This document shows positions 43,822 to 53,232 of a stretch of 53,232 nucleotides of DNA, in pieces. The position numbers and the translations under genes are program-made. Positions within the stretch are counted from its first letter, which is position 1. Every line of letters begins with the position of its first letter. The stretch is taken from positions 1 to 53,232 of the forward strand of contig JAUQVK010000093.1 of NCBI GenBank assembly GCA_039794845.1, written 5' to 3'. This DNA comes from Thermostichus sp. DRC_bins_24 (GTDB lineage Bacteria; Cyanobacteriota; Cyanobacteriia; Thermostichales; Thermostichaceae). The notes beneath the pieces were generated by a model that saw only the letters and a program-made list of their open reading frames with translations, searched no databases and was not told the DNA's origin.

Positions 43822-44309
43822 CTACGAGAAGGCAAGGATTACAAAAACCAGCCCGATCCCAACCACCAGCAAAGCTCCCCCCAGCCATACCCAAGACATG
43901 CGGGATCCGCCATCGCCTTTATCTGGGGGATCCGGCAGCGGTTGACGCCTCGGGTTAGCGGGGGCAGGGGCCACCACCGTCAGATCCTGCAGCAGCGAAT
44001 CGTTCTTTTCCCCCAGCGCAATCGTGGTTTCCGTCATGGTCAAGAGGGGGTCTGGCAAAGAATCCGTCTTTTGCCACTCGTATTCCGAATGTCCCGACTC
44101 GCGCCCGTATACAGTCACTTGTTCCAGGCCAGATAAAGCCAACGCCTGCAGCTCCGCTTGCACTGGTCTGTGAGGCGAGGGTAATCCAGCTGGGCTTGGG
44201 AGGGCCGACTGAGCAGGACGTACAAGTGACCCTGGCGACGTTTGACAGCAACCTTAACGGGGGCAACCAACCGGGCCTGCAACGCCTGTGCGATCTCAGC
44301 TTCGGTCAT
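43822..44309 (-). pseudogene. Cyanobacterial hypothetical protein with C-terminal TM anchor, split by a 1-nt frameshift near 44163
   Basis: ORFs 44115..44309 and 43822..44163 join as ...LDYPRLTDQ|VQAELQAL...VYGR if one G is added at ACAGACCAGTGCAA. Confidence 0.75.
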
Positions 44310-44490
44310 GGTGAAACATCCGAACGGAGGCGGGTTAATTCTAATACAATCCTAGGGCAGATGACGCGGATGGCTGCCGGGGTTCCACGGTAAAATACAA
44401 TCCGCGTTGGCGAAGATGTGTTGATCCCTAACGCAGCAGGATGTCGATCCTTTTCCTGCCCTGAATCCCTACAGCGCAACGGGTAGTTCC

Positions 44491-45156
44491 ATGCAAGAAA
44501 AAACCATTGTCCGCAACTATTTCAACTCGGTTGGCTTCGACCGTTGGCGGCGCATCTATGGCGAAGAGGAGGTCAACTTCGTCCAGAAGGACATTCGCTT
44601 CGGCCACGCTCGCACGGTGGACACGGTGTTGCAGTGGTTGGGGGATCCCTCCGGTTTGCGCATCTGTGATGCCGGGTGTGGGGTAGGGAGCCTTAGTTTG
44701 CCGTTAGCCGCCCAAGGGGCCCAGGTTTTCGCCAGTGATATTTCCGAACAGATGGTAACTGAAGCCCGCCGTCGCCAGCAGCTAACCTTGGGATCCCCCG
44801 AAAACCCTCAGTTTCACGTCTCGGATCTGGAGGACTTGACGGGCTCCTACGACGTGGTGATCTGCCTGGATGTGATGATCCACTACCCAGAAGCAGATGC
44901 CCTGCGCATGTTAGAGCACCTGACCCGCTTAGCCCAGTCTCGCCTGATCTTCAGCTTTGCCCCCAAAACCCCTCTGCTGACGCTGCTGAAAAAAGTGGGG
45001 GAATTCTTCCCCGGTCCCAGCAAAGCCACCCGTGCTTATCAACATCGAGAAGCAACTTTGGTGCGTAAATTAACCGAATTGGGCTGGAAAGTTCGGCAGC
45101 GACAAACCATTCGTAGCCGCTTTTACTTTGCCTGGATTCTCGATCTGGTCCGCTGA
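44491..45156 (+). CDS. chlM: Magnesium-protoporphyrin IX methyltransferase
   Basis: YFN..GFDRW..IYG, DAGCGVG, CLDVMIHYP and FPGPSKATRAY motifs. Confidence 0.96.
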   Translation: MQEKTIVRNYFNSVGFDRWRRIYGEEEVNFVQKDIRFGHARTVDTVLQWLGDPSGLRICDAGCGVGSLSLPLAAQGAQVFASDISEQMVTEARRRQQLTLGSPENPQFHVSDLEDLTGSYDVVICLDVMIHYPEADALRMLEHLTRLAQSRLIFSFAPKTPLLTLLKKVGEFFPGPSKATRAYQHREATLVRKLTELGWKVRQRQTIRSRFYFAWILDLVR

Positions 45157-45164
45157 ACCCATGC

Positions 45165-45192
45165 CCCCAGTGGAGAGAATTTCTGGGGTTTC
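45165..45192 (+). terminator. Hairpin after chlM
   Basis: ccccag...ctgggg followed by tttc. Confidence 0.4.
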
Positions 45193-45262
45193 AGGTGTGG
45201 GATCCCTGCCAAACCGTTGCTGCGGTTGCTATGACTAAAGCAGTGGGTGGTGAGGGATTATC

Positions 45263-46291
45263 ATGAAAACTTCACAGCTTGGAGAAGGGTGCCCGCTGAT
45301 CGATTGTCGGCGCTTTGATGAAATGACAATGAACCTGTTTCTGGCGCCAGGGCCCCATCCCTATCGGGAAACGGAAGAATTTCTTCTCGATTGTGAAATG
45401 CGGGCTGATGAGTTGCCCCGGTATCTGCGGCGGGCCTTGCTGGAGTTTCAGGTGTACTCCAACTCAGAGGGGATCCTGCTGTTGCGGGGGTTGCCGGTGG
45501 ATCCGGGCCTTTACCATACCCCCACACCGGCTTTAGCACAGCGCTCGGAGGAGAAGACCACCTTTGTCAGCGAACGCTGTCTGGCCATGATCGGCAGCCG
45601 TTTGGGGCATTTGGTCTCCTACATTCAAGAAAAAAATGGGGATCTGTTTCAAAATTTGGTTCCCACCCCCGGCAGCGAGGAGGTGCAATCCTCGGAGGGC
45701 TCCCGCACCCGGCTGCAATTTCACCGTGAGACGGTTTTTCATCCTTTTCCGCCGGAATTTTTGCTGCTGTTTTGCCTGCGCCCCGACCACGACCGTGTGG
45801 CAGAAACCACCTACGCCAGCATTAGCCATGCCCTCCCCCTTCTCAAAGATCGGGAGCGGGAGCTGCTGTTTGAGCCCCTGTATCGCACCGGCATCGACTA
45901 CTCCTTCGGTAACCTGCAAGCCCTGACCAATGGCCCGATTTTGCCCGTATTGTATGGCCGCCGAGAGGATCCCTTCTTGAACTACGATGAAGACCTGATG
46001 GTGGGGCTAACCCCCGAAGCTGGCATGGCCCTAGAGGCCCTGAAGGAGGCGATCAACTCTGTTTATCGGGGCATCAAGCTGGAAACAGGGGATCTGCTCT
46101 GCATCGACAACCGCCGCACCGTGCACGGACGCACCGCCTTTACCCCCCGCTACGATGGTTTTGACCGCTGGATCCAACGTTCATTTGTGGTGCGGGATCT
46201 CGGCCTATCTGCCGTGGATCGCTATCCGGGTGAACGGATCATTCGTACTGCCTTTCCAACGGATCGCGAAGCTCGAACGGCCCTCAACTAG
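45263..46291 (+). CDS. Clavaminate synthase-like (TauD/TfdA) Fe(II)/2-oxoglutarate dioxygenase
   Basis: LLLRGLPVD, H-x-E (FHRE), IDNRRTVHGR and PRYDGFDRWIQR motifs. Confidence 0.9.
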   Translation: MKTSQLGEGCPLIDCRRFDEMTMNLFLAPGPHPYRETEEFLLDCEMRADELPRYLRRALLEFQVYSNSEGILLLRGLPVDPGLYHTPTPALAQRSEEKTTFVSERCLAMIGSRLGHLVSYIQEKNGDLFQNLVPTPGSEEVQSSEGSRTRLQFHRETVFHPFPPEFLLLFCLRPDHDRVAETTYASISHALPLLKDRERELLFEPLYRTGIDYSFGNLQALTNGPILPVLYGRREDPFLNYDEDLMVGLTPEAGMALEALKEAINSVYRGIKLETGDLLCIDNRRTVHGRTAFTPRYDGFDRWIQRSFVVRDLGLSAVDRYPGERIIRTAFPTDREARTALN

Positions 46292-46460
46292 GGACTGCCT
46301 ATCGGCAAAAATTCGTAGACTCAGGTGTGCTACCAACAAAGCTCTGTAAAAGTACCATGAGCATTTTCCCTGAGAAAACTTAAGTGGGTCAACCGAAAAC
46401 TTTGTCGAAATCGGTGATCCTGACGATGGCATTTATTAGATATTTTCAGCATCTTAGATT

Positions 46461-46661
46461 TACAGCCCTTTGCACCAAGGAAACGCTAGTGCGTTCACCC
46501 ATGGCGGCCCATAGGGCACTGCTAGTCACATACCGGTTCCATACCGGCCACATGCTAGTCACATACAGGTAACTACCAGGTAACTACGGAGGTTGAGATC
46601 TCACTCTCAAAGGGCTTGGGAAGCACAAGCCCTGCTGTAGAAAACCCGCGCAAGAGCTGTA
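46461..46661 (-). mobile_element. MITE copy 5 (inverted, with internal duplications)
   Basis: The reverse complement starts tacagctcttgcgcgggttttctacagcaggg and ends aaagggctgta. Confidence 0.88.
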
Positions 46662-46689
46662 CCAGCCGGTGTGATGAGCTCAACCATAC

Positions 46690-46736
46690 AGTTGACATAG
46701 TTGATTGACATGTTGATTGACAAAGTTGATAGTTGG
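46690..46736 (+). repeat. Short imperfect tandem GTTGA/TTGACA repeats
   Basis: agttgacatagttgattgacatgttgattgacaaagttgatagttg contains three TTGACA hexamers. Confidence 0.8.
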
Positions 46737-46746
46737 CGAGGTTCAA

Positions 46747-46965
46747 ATGCGCATTCGCGAGATTATTAAGGAAGCTTTAAAATCCTCCGTTCTAACACAA
46801 CAGCAAGAGTCCGCCATCAATACCATCCTCTGGGAGAAAGCCTACGACCTCTCTGATCTGGAAGCCCTAGATGAGCTGATAGAAGCCATTATTCGTCAGG
46901 AGGTGCAAACCTCCTCTCCTCTGACCCCCGTGGCAATTCAGCCCCTGTCTGGGAGCATTGCCTAG
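46747..46965 (+). CDS. Small cyanobacterial hypothetical protein (72 aa), paralog of 2261..2458
   Basis: GAGGT RBS before the ATG; VLT..QE and DL.ALD.LIEA are shared with the paralog. Confidence 0.8.
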   Translation: MRIREIIKEALKSSVLTQQQESAINTILWEKAYDLSDLEALDELIEAIIRQEVQTSSPLTPVAIQPLSGSIA

Positions 46966-46981
46966 AGCTAGCCAGCGCTGC

Positions 46982-47494
46982 TCAATCCCACCAGTAGGAT
47001 AGAAGGATCCCATCGCAGGTGGAGGCGGATCCCTGCCCCCATAAGCCTTGTCTCAGCTGCAAAGCCGCATCCTCTCTAAACCGCCAATCCTCCTCCTGTT
47101 GCGAGCTATCGAATGCGGTTACCTCATCTGCTTGCCACTTTTTACCCAGATCCAGCAACTGGGCGACAATAGTATCCTGATTTTCAGCCAAAACGTAGAG
47201 TGTGTCTGCAGGATACGAGACAAAGCGAAGAATGTTGGCCTCCGGCATGGGTCGGTAGTTCGCCATCGCTAGCAACATGTCCAAAAGGCCGCTAAAGCTC
47301 AATCCATTTTCATCTGGGGCGTAAACGGGTTTTGCAAACAAAAAACTTCTCCATAACTCTGGATGATTGGCTAGATCTGTGATGATCTCTGGCCCGTCAA
47401 AAAGGTTAAAGCGTCGCTGCCAAATCAGCGCGGCAAAGACCTCCTGTGGGGAATACGACTCTGCTAGTTGTCGAATGCGGTCGATATTGAGCAT
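46982..47494 (-). CDS. Hypothetical protein (170 aa) ending YWWD
   Basis: Clean ATG ORF with protein-like composition; family not recognised. Confidence 0.7.
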   Translation of the reverse strand: MLNIDRIRQLAESYSPQEVFAALIWQRRFNLFDGPEIITDLANHPELWRSFLFAKPVYAPDENGLSFSGLLDMLLAMANYRPMPEANILRFVSYPADTLYVLAENQDTIVAQLLDLGKKWQADEVTAFDSSQQEEDWRFREDAALQLRQGLWGQGSASTCDGILLSYWWD

Positions 47495-47924
47495 CAGCCA
47501 GCATTAGCCAAAACGACAGTGAAGATACAGTGAATTTGCTCGAAGTTGCCCACCTTCGCCACCGCCAAAGCAGTTGCAATTCGACCAGACTCCTACAGTT
47601 TACAGTCGGTCACCTCGCTCACGCCGGTGGGAACGCGGAGCGCATTTCACAAACCCCAAGTCTTGTTGAGAAGATTTGAGAAGACAACGATAGAACAAGA
47701 TCTCCAGTCTCCAGACTTGTGTGGTTTGTAGCAAGACAATTAATCGAGGTGCCCAATCTATACCTGAATCGAGAGCACCCTCCTGGATCCCCCTCGATCC
47801 CTTGTCATGACTCGCTCTTGCCAAATCAGGACAGGTTCTGCTAATGACAAATTATTAAACAATATTGCGAGCAGCTGGCGAGGATCGACGAAGACAACCC
47901 TGATAAGTCTGTAGGAGGAGTGAT

Positions 47925-48995
47925 ATGCGCATTGCTCAAATCGCCCCTTTACATGAAAGCGTACCTCCAAAGCTCTATGGCGGGACGGAGCGGGTAGTGT
48001 CCTGGTTAACCGAAGAACTGGTGCGTCGTGGTCATGAGGTGACCCTATTTGCCAGTGGCGATTCCCAGACCCAGGCACGATTGATTCCCTTTCGGGATCA
48101 AGCTTTGCGGCTGGATAAGAGTGCCATTGACACCGTAGCCCCCCACATCTTGATGGTGGAGAAGGTCTTTCAGATGGCGGATCAGTTTGACCTGATCCAC
48201 GGCCATATTGATTACTATCCTTACGCCTTGGCTCGTCGTCATCCCCAAGTTGCCTTTGTAGCGACTCTGCACGGGCGATTGGATATTCCTGAGCTGCAGC
48301 CCCTCTACAGCGAATTTGACGACATTCCCCTGGTTTCTATCTCCAATGCCCAGCGCAGCCCATTGCCCCAAGCCCGCTGGGCCGGCACTGTTTACCATGG
48401 CTTACCGTTAGATCTGCATCCTTTTTACCCTGAGCCGGGGGATTATCTGGCTTTTCTGGGGCGGGTATCGCCGGAGAAGGGCCTCGACACAGCTATTGAA
48501 ATTGCCACCCAAGCGGGCATGCCCCTCAAGGCCTCGATCAAGATTGACTCGGTGGATCGCCAGTATTACGAGTCGTGTATTGCTCCCATGATTCGGGAGA
48601 ACCCCAATGTGGAGCTGATCGGTGAGATCAATGAGCAGGAAAAAAGTGAGTTTTTGGGCAAGGCCTATGCGGTGTTGTTCCCGATCCGTTGGCCGGAGCC
48701 CTTTGGCTTGGTGATGATTGAGTCGATGGCCTGTGGCACGCCGGTGATCGCCACCCGCTTTGGCTCGGTGCCGGAGGTGATGGTGGATGGACAGACGGGC
48801 TTTATCGTGGATTCGGTGCCTCAGGCGGTGGAGGCGGTTGCTCGGGTGGGATCCCTGAGTCGGCAGCGGGTGCGGCAGGTGTTTGAGGAACGATACAGCG
48901 TTGCCCAGATGGTGAGTGGCTACGAGGCTATCTACCAACGGTTGCTCGGCGAAGGGCAGGCGGCCTTGGCCCAACCAGAGATGACGGCGGCCTAG
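47925..48995 (+). CDS. Glycosyltransferase family 4 protein
   Basis: VPPKLYGGTERVV, FLGRVSPEKG and WPEPFGLVMIESMACGTPV motifs; AGGAGG RBS. Confidence 0.95.
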   Translation: MRIAQIAPLHESVPPKLYGGTERVVSWLTEELVRRGHEVTLFASGDSQTQARLIPFRDQALRLDKSAIDTVAPHILMVEKVFQMADQFDLIHGHIDYYPYALARRHPQVAFVATLHGRLDIPELQPLYSEFDDIPLVSISNAQRSPLPQARWAGTVYHGLPLDLHPFYPEPGDYLAFLGRVSPEKGLDTAIEIATQAGMPLKASIKIDSVDRQYYESCIAPMIRENPNVELIGEINEQEKSEFLGKAYAVLFPIRWPEPFGLVMIESMACGTPVIATRFGSVPEVMVDGQTGFIVDSVPQAVEAVARVGSLSRQRVRQVFEERYSVAQMVSGYEAIYQRLLGEGQAALAQPEMTAA

Positions 48996-49009
48996 CAGAG
49001 GACGAAAGG

Positions 49010-51190
49010 ATGCCAGAAGACATCATCCAGATTCAGGAGCAGTACTACATTCGAGCCAGTGCCTCTTTGGCAGAGACCCGCTCCCACGTGCTTAAGCACG
49101 ACAACTGTTTTGCCGTGTTCGACCGGTTGGGGAATATGCGTCCCCTCGGGATCCGGGATCACGGCCTCTTTCGGGATGACACCCGGTTCTTATCGCGGTT
49201 GGTGCTGGATCTAGAGGGGAAACAGTTTCTGCTGCTCAGCTCGGAGGTGCGGGAGGACAAAGACATCCTGGCGGTGGATCTGACCAACCCTGAGTTCACC
49301 ACTTCTGAGGGGCAATTCATCGGCCAAGATACTCTTCATGTTTTGCGCACCACTTTTCTCTGGAACAACGCCGCCTACGAGCGGATCCGGATCCACAACT
49401 ACGGCTCTGAGGCGTTTCGGGTGCCGATTACCCTCCGGTTCGAGGCGGATTTTGCCGATATTTTTGAGGTGCGCGGGATCCAGCGCAGTCAGCAGGGGGA
49501 GAGGCTCTCCCCTCAGGTGAGCTCGGATGAGGTGATCCTGGGGTATCGGGGTTTGGATGGGGTGGAGCGATATACCCGCCTGCGGTTTTCCCCCGCGCCG
49601 GCGGTGGTGGGCAAAGATTCGGTGCAGTGGTGGGTGCCCCTACAACCCCAGGAGGAGCGGGATCTCTGGCTGACGGTGGTTTGCGCTTACGCAGGAGAGG
49701 AGAAAGGAGGGGGATCCTCAGATGATTCAGATTATGAGGAGGCTCTGCAATCGGAACGAGCCCAACGCCAGCACATCCGTGCCCAGTCGGCCCAGATCGA
49801 CACCGGCAATGCCCAATTTAACGATTGGTTGAATGCCTCGCGGGATGATCTGCTGATGATGCTCACCCAGACTCCCCATGGGCTGTATCCCTACGCGGGG
49901 GTGCCGTGGTTTAGTACCGTCTTTGGGCGGGATGCTTTGATCACAGCCCTGGCCACCCTCTGGTGGTCTCCCCAGATTGCGCGGGGGGTGCTGCTCTACC
50001 TGGCTGCTCAGCAGGCCACCGAAGAGGATCCCAGTCGAGATGCGGAGCCGGGCAAGATCCTGCATGAGCAACGCCGCTGCGAGATGGCCAAAACCCGTGA
50101 GGTGCCCTTCGGGCAGTATTTTGGCAGCATCGACTCAACCCCTTTGTTTGTGGTGCTGGCGGGGCGCTACACCCAGCGCAGCGGGGATCTGAGGCTGCTC
50201 AAGCAGCTGTGGCCCCACATCGAAGCCGCCCTCACCTGGATCGATACCTACGGGGATCCGGATGGGGATGGCTTCGTGGAGTATGTTGGCAAGGCCCACA
50301 AGGGCTTGCGCAATCAGGGCTGGAAAGATTCGGAAGATTCGATTTTTTACCCGGATGGATCCCTGGCGGAGCCCCCCTTGGCGCTGTGTGAGGTGCAGGG
50401 CTATGTCTATGAGGCCAAGGTGCTGGCGGCCCAGATGGCCGAACGCCTGGGCTACGCCGAGCGGGCTCAAACCCTGCGACACCAGGCCCGTGCTCTGCAG
50501 CAGCGTTTTTGGGAGCAGTTTTGGTGTGAAGAACTGGGGGGCTATGCTCTGGCCTTGGATGGGGAGAAAAAGCCCTGTTGGGTGCGCAGCTCCAATATGG
50601 GCCACTGCTTATTTTCGGGGATCGCGCATCCGGATCATGCGGCCCGCATTGCCAAGCAGATGATGGAGCCGGACTTTTTTACCGGCTGGGGGATCCGCAC
50701 CGTACCCCAGGGGGAGGGCCGCTACAACCCCATGTCCTACCACAACGGCTCGATTTGGCCCCACGATAATGCTTTGATTGCGGCGGGGTTGGCCCGTTAT
50801 GGCTACAAGGCGGAGGCGGTACGAGTGCTGACAGGCCTGTTTGATGCCACCCAGTTTTTGGATCTGAAACGCTTACCGGAGCTCTTTTGTGGCTTTACCC
50901 GTCGGCAGCGGGAAGGTCCCACCCTCTATCCGGTGGCCTGTTTGCCCCAGTCTTGGGCGGCGGCCAGCGTGTTTTTGCTGTTGCAGGCCTGCTTGGGGCT
51001 TGAGATCGATGGCCAACAGCAGCGGGTGAGTCTGACGCAGCCCACCTTGCCCCTATGGCTCCCCCATGTGACCCTGCACAACATCGCTGTGGGAGAAGGA
51101 TCCATTGACATTGGGCTGTATCTGCAGGCCGGTGGTGTGGGGATCAATGTCTTGGGCCGTGAGGGAGATGTGGAGCTAACCATGAGATGA
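49010..51190 (+). CDS. Amylo-alpha-1,6-glucosidase / glycogen-debranching-like (alpha/alpha)6 glycoside hydrolase
   Basis: AGVPWFSTVFGRD, EPGKILHE, NQGWKDS, SYHNGSIWPHDN and RLPELFCG motifs. Confidence 0.92.
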   Translation: MPEDIIQIQEQYYIRASASLAETRSHVLKHDNCFAVFDRLGNMRPLGIRDHGLFRDDTRFLSRLVLDLEGKQFLLLSSEVREDKDILAVDLTNPEFTTSEGQFIGQDTLHVLRTTFLWNNAAYERIRIHNYGSEAFRVPITLRFEADFADIFEVRGIQRSQQGERLSPQVSSDEVILGYRGLDGVERYTRLRFSPAPAVVGKDSVQWWVPLQPQEERDLWLTVVCAYAGEEKGGGSSDDSDYEEALQSERAQRQHIRAQSAQIDTGNAQFNDWLNASRDDLLMMLTQTPHGLYPYAGVPWFSTVFGRDALITALATLWWSPQIARGVLLYLAAQQATEEDPSRDAEPGKILHEQRRCEMAKTREVPFGQYFGSIDSTPLFVVLAGRYTQRSGDLRLLKQLWPHIEAALTWIDTYGDPDGDGFVEYVGKAHKGLRNQGWKDSEDSIFYPDGSLAEPPLALCEVQGYVYEAKVLAAQMAERLGYAERAQTLRHQARALQQRFWEQFWCEELGGYALALDGEKKPCWVRSSNMGHCLFSGIAHPDHAARIAKQMMEPDFFTGWGIRTVPQGEGRYNPMSYHNGSIWPHDNALIAAGLARYGYKAEAVRVLTGLFDATQFLDLKRLPELFCGFTRRQREGPTLYPVACLPQSWAAASVFLLLQACLGLEIDGQQQRVSLTQPTLPLWLPHVTLHNIAVGEGSIDIGLYLQAGGVGINVLGREGDVELTMR

Positions 51191-51197
51191 GGGTTCA

Positions 51198-52034
51198 TCA
51201 ACCGGCATGGGGTTCCAGCCTCTGGAGGATTGCTCGGATCAAATGTTCATCGGAACGATTGGCCTCCCCTCGCAGCAGTGCCTGCTGCAGGTAGGATTTG
51301 AGATCCTGATGGGCTTGTCGCCAACGACCCAACTGGTAGTAGAGCAGGCCCCGATCCCGCAGTTGTGGCAGGGCTTCGGGGATCAACAACAAAATGCGTT
51401 CCACCGCCGCCAACGCCGGCTCTAGCTCGGCACGGCTGAGGTAAATTTGCTTGAGATTGTTCAGCAGGCGCACCAAGATCAGGCGCGAGGGGGTGGGTTG
51501 CAGGTAATGGTCTTGCAGAGGGATCCCGGGGCCATAAATCTGTGCCAATCGTTCCTGGCAGTCTTCCGGAAACAAAATTTCCCCCTGATGAAAGGGATCC
51601 ACAAAGATCTCCGAGCCTTCAAACAGGGGACGAACCAAAAAGTGGCCGGGCATGCCCACTCCCGTCATGGGAAAATCGAGGCGGCGGGCCAACTCCAGGT
51701 ACAGCAACGACAGGGTGATCGGGATCCCGGTGCGCCGATCGATTACTTCGTTCAAAAAGCTGTTGCGCGGGTCGTAATACGCTTCGCTATTGCCGCGGAA
51801 GCCCAGATCTTCGAATAGGTAGTGATTCAAGGTCTTGAGGATGCGCATCGGGTAACGCTCCGGGGGCAGCCGTTCCTGCACCTCTGCCGCCATTTCATCC
51901 AATGCCGCCAAGTACTCCTCTGCATCCAGATCTGGGTAGGCCTCCTGGGCAATCCAGAGGGCGGCTCGGCCCAAATCGATCGGATCCGCTTGGATTTCAC
52001 AGATGAACCGTTGACGGGCGGCAGCAACACTCAT
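51198..52034 (-). CDS. SirB1-family transglutaminase-like/TPR protein
   Basis: GN...YYDPRNSFLN.V..RRTGIPITL, PGHFL and RDRGLLY motifs. Confidence 0.92.
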   Translation of the reverse strand: MSVAAARQRFICEIQADPIDLGRAALWIAQEAYPDLDAEEYLAALDEMAAEVQERLPPERYPMRILKTLNHYLFEDLGFRGNSEAYYDPRNSFLNEVIDRRTGIPITLSLLYLELARRLDFPMTGVGMPGHFLVRPLFEGSEIFVDPFHQGEILFPEDCQERLAQIYGPGIPLQDHYLQPTPSRLILVRLLNNLKQIYLSRAELEPALAAVERILLLIPEALPQLRDRGLLYYQLGRWRQAHQDLKSYLQQALLRGEANRSDEHLIRAILQRLEPHAG

Positions 52035-52065
52035 GGGGTGCCAGAGCTTTTCAAAAGAGTCCCAT

Positions 52066-52731
52066 TCAGAACAGCAACGTACAGAAACTGGTCAACAGCA
52101 ACGTCACCACCGTCAAGATAAGGCTAAAGCTCCAAAGCCGCAAAGCAGCGAAGAGGAGGATCCCGATCACCCAAATCAGCAAGGCATTCCAATAGGGGCG
52201 GTTGGGGGCTTTGGACACATTAATTTTTTGAAAGAAGGGCACCAGAATGAACGACACATCCAACAGGAGGCGTGGCAGCCGCAAATTGTCAGATAGGGGC
52301 AGATCCCGCACCGCCATATAGAGTAACCCCCAGCTCAACAGAAGCGGGATCAGCAACAAGTAGTTGGATTCCGCCAGGAGCGGTCGATCCACCACGATGG
52401 GAAAGAGGGGGCTGATCCCCCAGAGCACGTACAGGTAGAAGTTGAAGTTCAGAAGGGGTTGGATCAGGCGCGGCACCCCGAGACGCTGACCTTGCTGGCT
52501 GGCCCACTGGCTCGCCCCACTCACTTGAGCTTCTACTTTCTGGGCCAGGGATCCGGGTTTTTGGGAGGGTTTGGCCGTTGCCGTCTCTCGCCAACCGCAG
52601 TGATCGCAGTAGGGAGCTTTGTGTCGATAGGCTGGGATCGGCTTGCCACAGGAAGGACAGCGCTGAATCCGACGGGATTGAGGACTGTGGGTCATGACCG
52701 CACCCGACACTTCTGCTCTAGCATGCCCCAA
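52066..52731 (-). CDS. Hypothetical membrane protein with N-terminal zinc ribbon
   Basis: CPSC...CDHC followed by several TM segments; start uncertain. Confidence 0.75.
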   Translation of the reverse strand: MGHARAEVSGAVMTHSPQSRRIQRCPSCGKPIPAYRHKAPYCDHCGWRETATAKPSQKPGSLAQKVEAQVSGASQWASQQGQRLGVPRLIQPLLNFNFYLYVLWGISPLFPIVVDRPLLAESNYLLLIPLLLSWGLLYMAVRDLPLSDNLRLPRLLLDVSFILVPFFQKINVSKAPNRPYWNALLIWVIGILLFAALRLWSFSLILTVVTLLLTSFCTLLF

Positions 52732-52737
52732 TTCCGT

Positions 52738-53199
52738 TCAATTGGCTCCCAAGGCGAAGGATAAGCCAATACAAGCGGCTCCCAAGGCCGCCCCGGCGAT
52801 CACCTGCAGGGGGGTATGGCCCAGCAGTTCTTTGAGGTAGGGTTCCTTGAAGCTGCCCGCTCCTTTCTCTTCGAACCACTCTTCCATGAGGCGATTCAGC
52901 ACCCGCGCCTGTTTCCCGGCGGCTTGGCGGATCCCGGCGGCATCGTACATCACGACCAGCGCAAACACCACCGTTGCCGCAAACAGTAGGCTATCCCACC
53001 CCTCCTGTAGCCCCACCCCAACCGCCAAAGCCGTCACCAACGCCGCATGAGAACTGGGCATACCCCCGGTTTCCACCAGCACCCGCAGGTTTACTTTTCC
53101 CGACTGCGTATAGGTGAGGAGCAGCTTAATGGCCTGAGCCAACAAACTGGCGATCAAAGCCGTCCAGAGGACGTGATTGGCCATCAACTGTTGCAGCAT
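52738..53199 (-). CDS. Divergent PAP2 family protein (DUF212)
   Basis: GGMPSSH, VMYDAAGIR..AGKQA and LKELLGHTP motifs. Confidence 0.95.
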   Translation of the reverse strand: MLQQLMANHVLWTALIASLLAQAIKLLLTYTQSGKVNLRVLVETGGMPSSHAALVTALAVGVGLQEGWDSLLFAATVVFALVVMYDAAGIRQAAGKQARVLNRLMEEWFEEKGAGSFKEPYLKELLGHTPLQVIAGAALGAACIGLSFALGAN

Positions 53200-53232
53200 A
53201 CGGCTCTCCAGCGCAGGAATTCGAGCAGGGTC

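Noticed and set aside
44115..44170. Programmed ribosomal frameshift
   Set aside because: No slippery heptamer or stimulatory structure is present at the junction; a single-base loss explains it.

Overview
This is a 53 kb chromosomal window from a hot-spring cyanobacterium. The dense GGGATCCC palindromes are the HIP variant known from the Synechococcus OS-A/OS-B' (Thermostichus) clade. It is mostly housekeeping genes: atpD, dxr, dprA, dcd, queA, pyrG, clpC-clpR-clpP, tRNA-Arg(ACG), tocopherol cyclase, the bicarbonate transporter cmpABCD, cdsA, pdhA, ndhD, wecB, ftsZ, ddl, chlM and a GT4/amylo-alpha-1,6-glucosidase pair. I found no CRISPR array, prophage or intact transposase, and I cannot point to one clearly new multi-gene system. 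The most interesting signal is intergenic. (1) Five copies of a TA-flanked, modular MITE occur here, and two of them face two paralogous 65-72 aa genes in the same relative orientation. (2) IS200/IS605 debris (a tnpB fragment, a left-end hairpin and an oppositely oriented right end) abuts the atpD stop. (3) Several genes look collapsed by internal deletion while keeping both ends (Uma2, SWIM-type, tnpB, and a histidine kinase sensor region). (4) Many 10-12 bp tandem micro-duplications are present. (5) There are candidate NtcA and CmpR/NdhR promoters, a HAD lacking its catalytic aspartates, a CmpA without a lipobox, and a gene split by a 1-nt frameshift. All family assignments come from motif recognition by eye; no database search was run.
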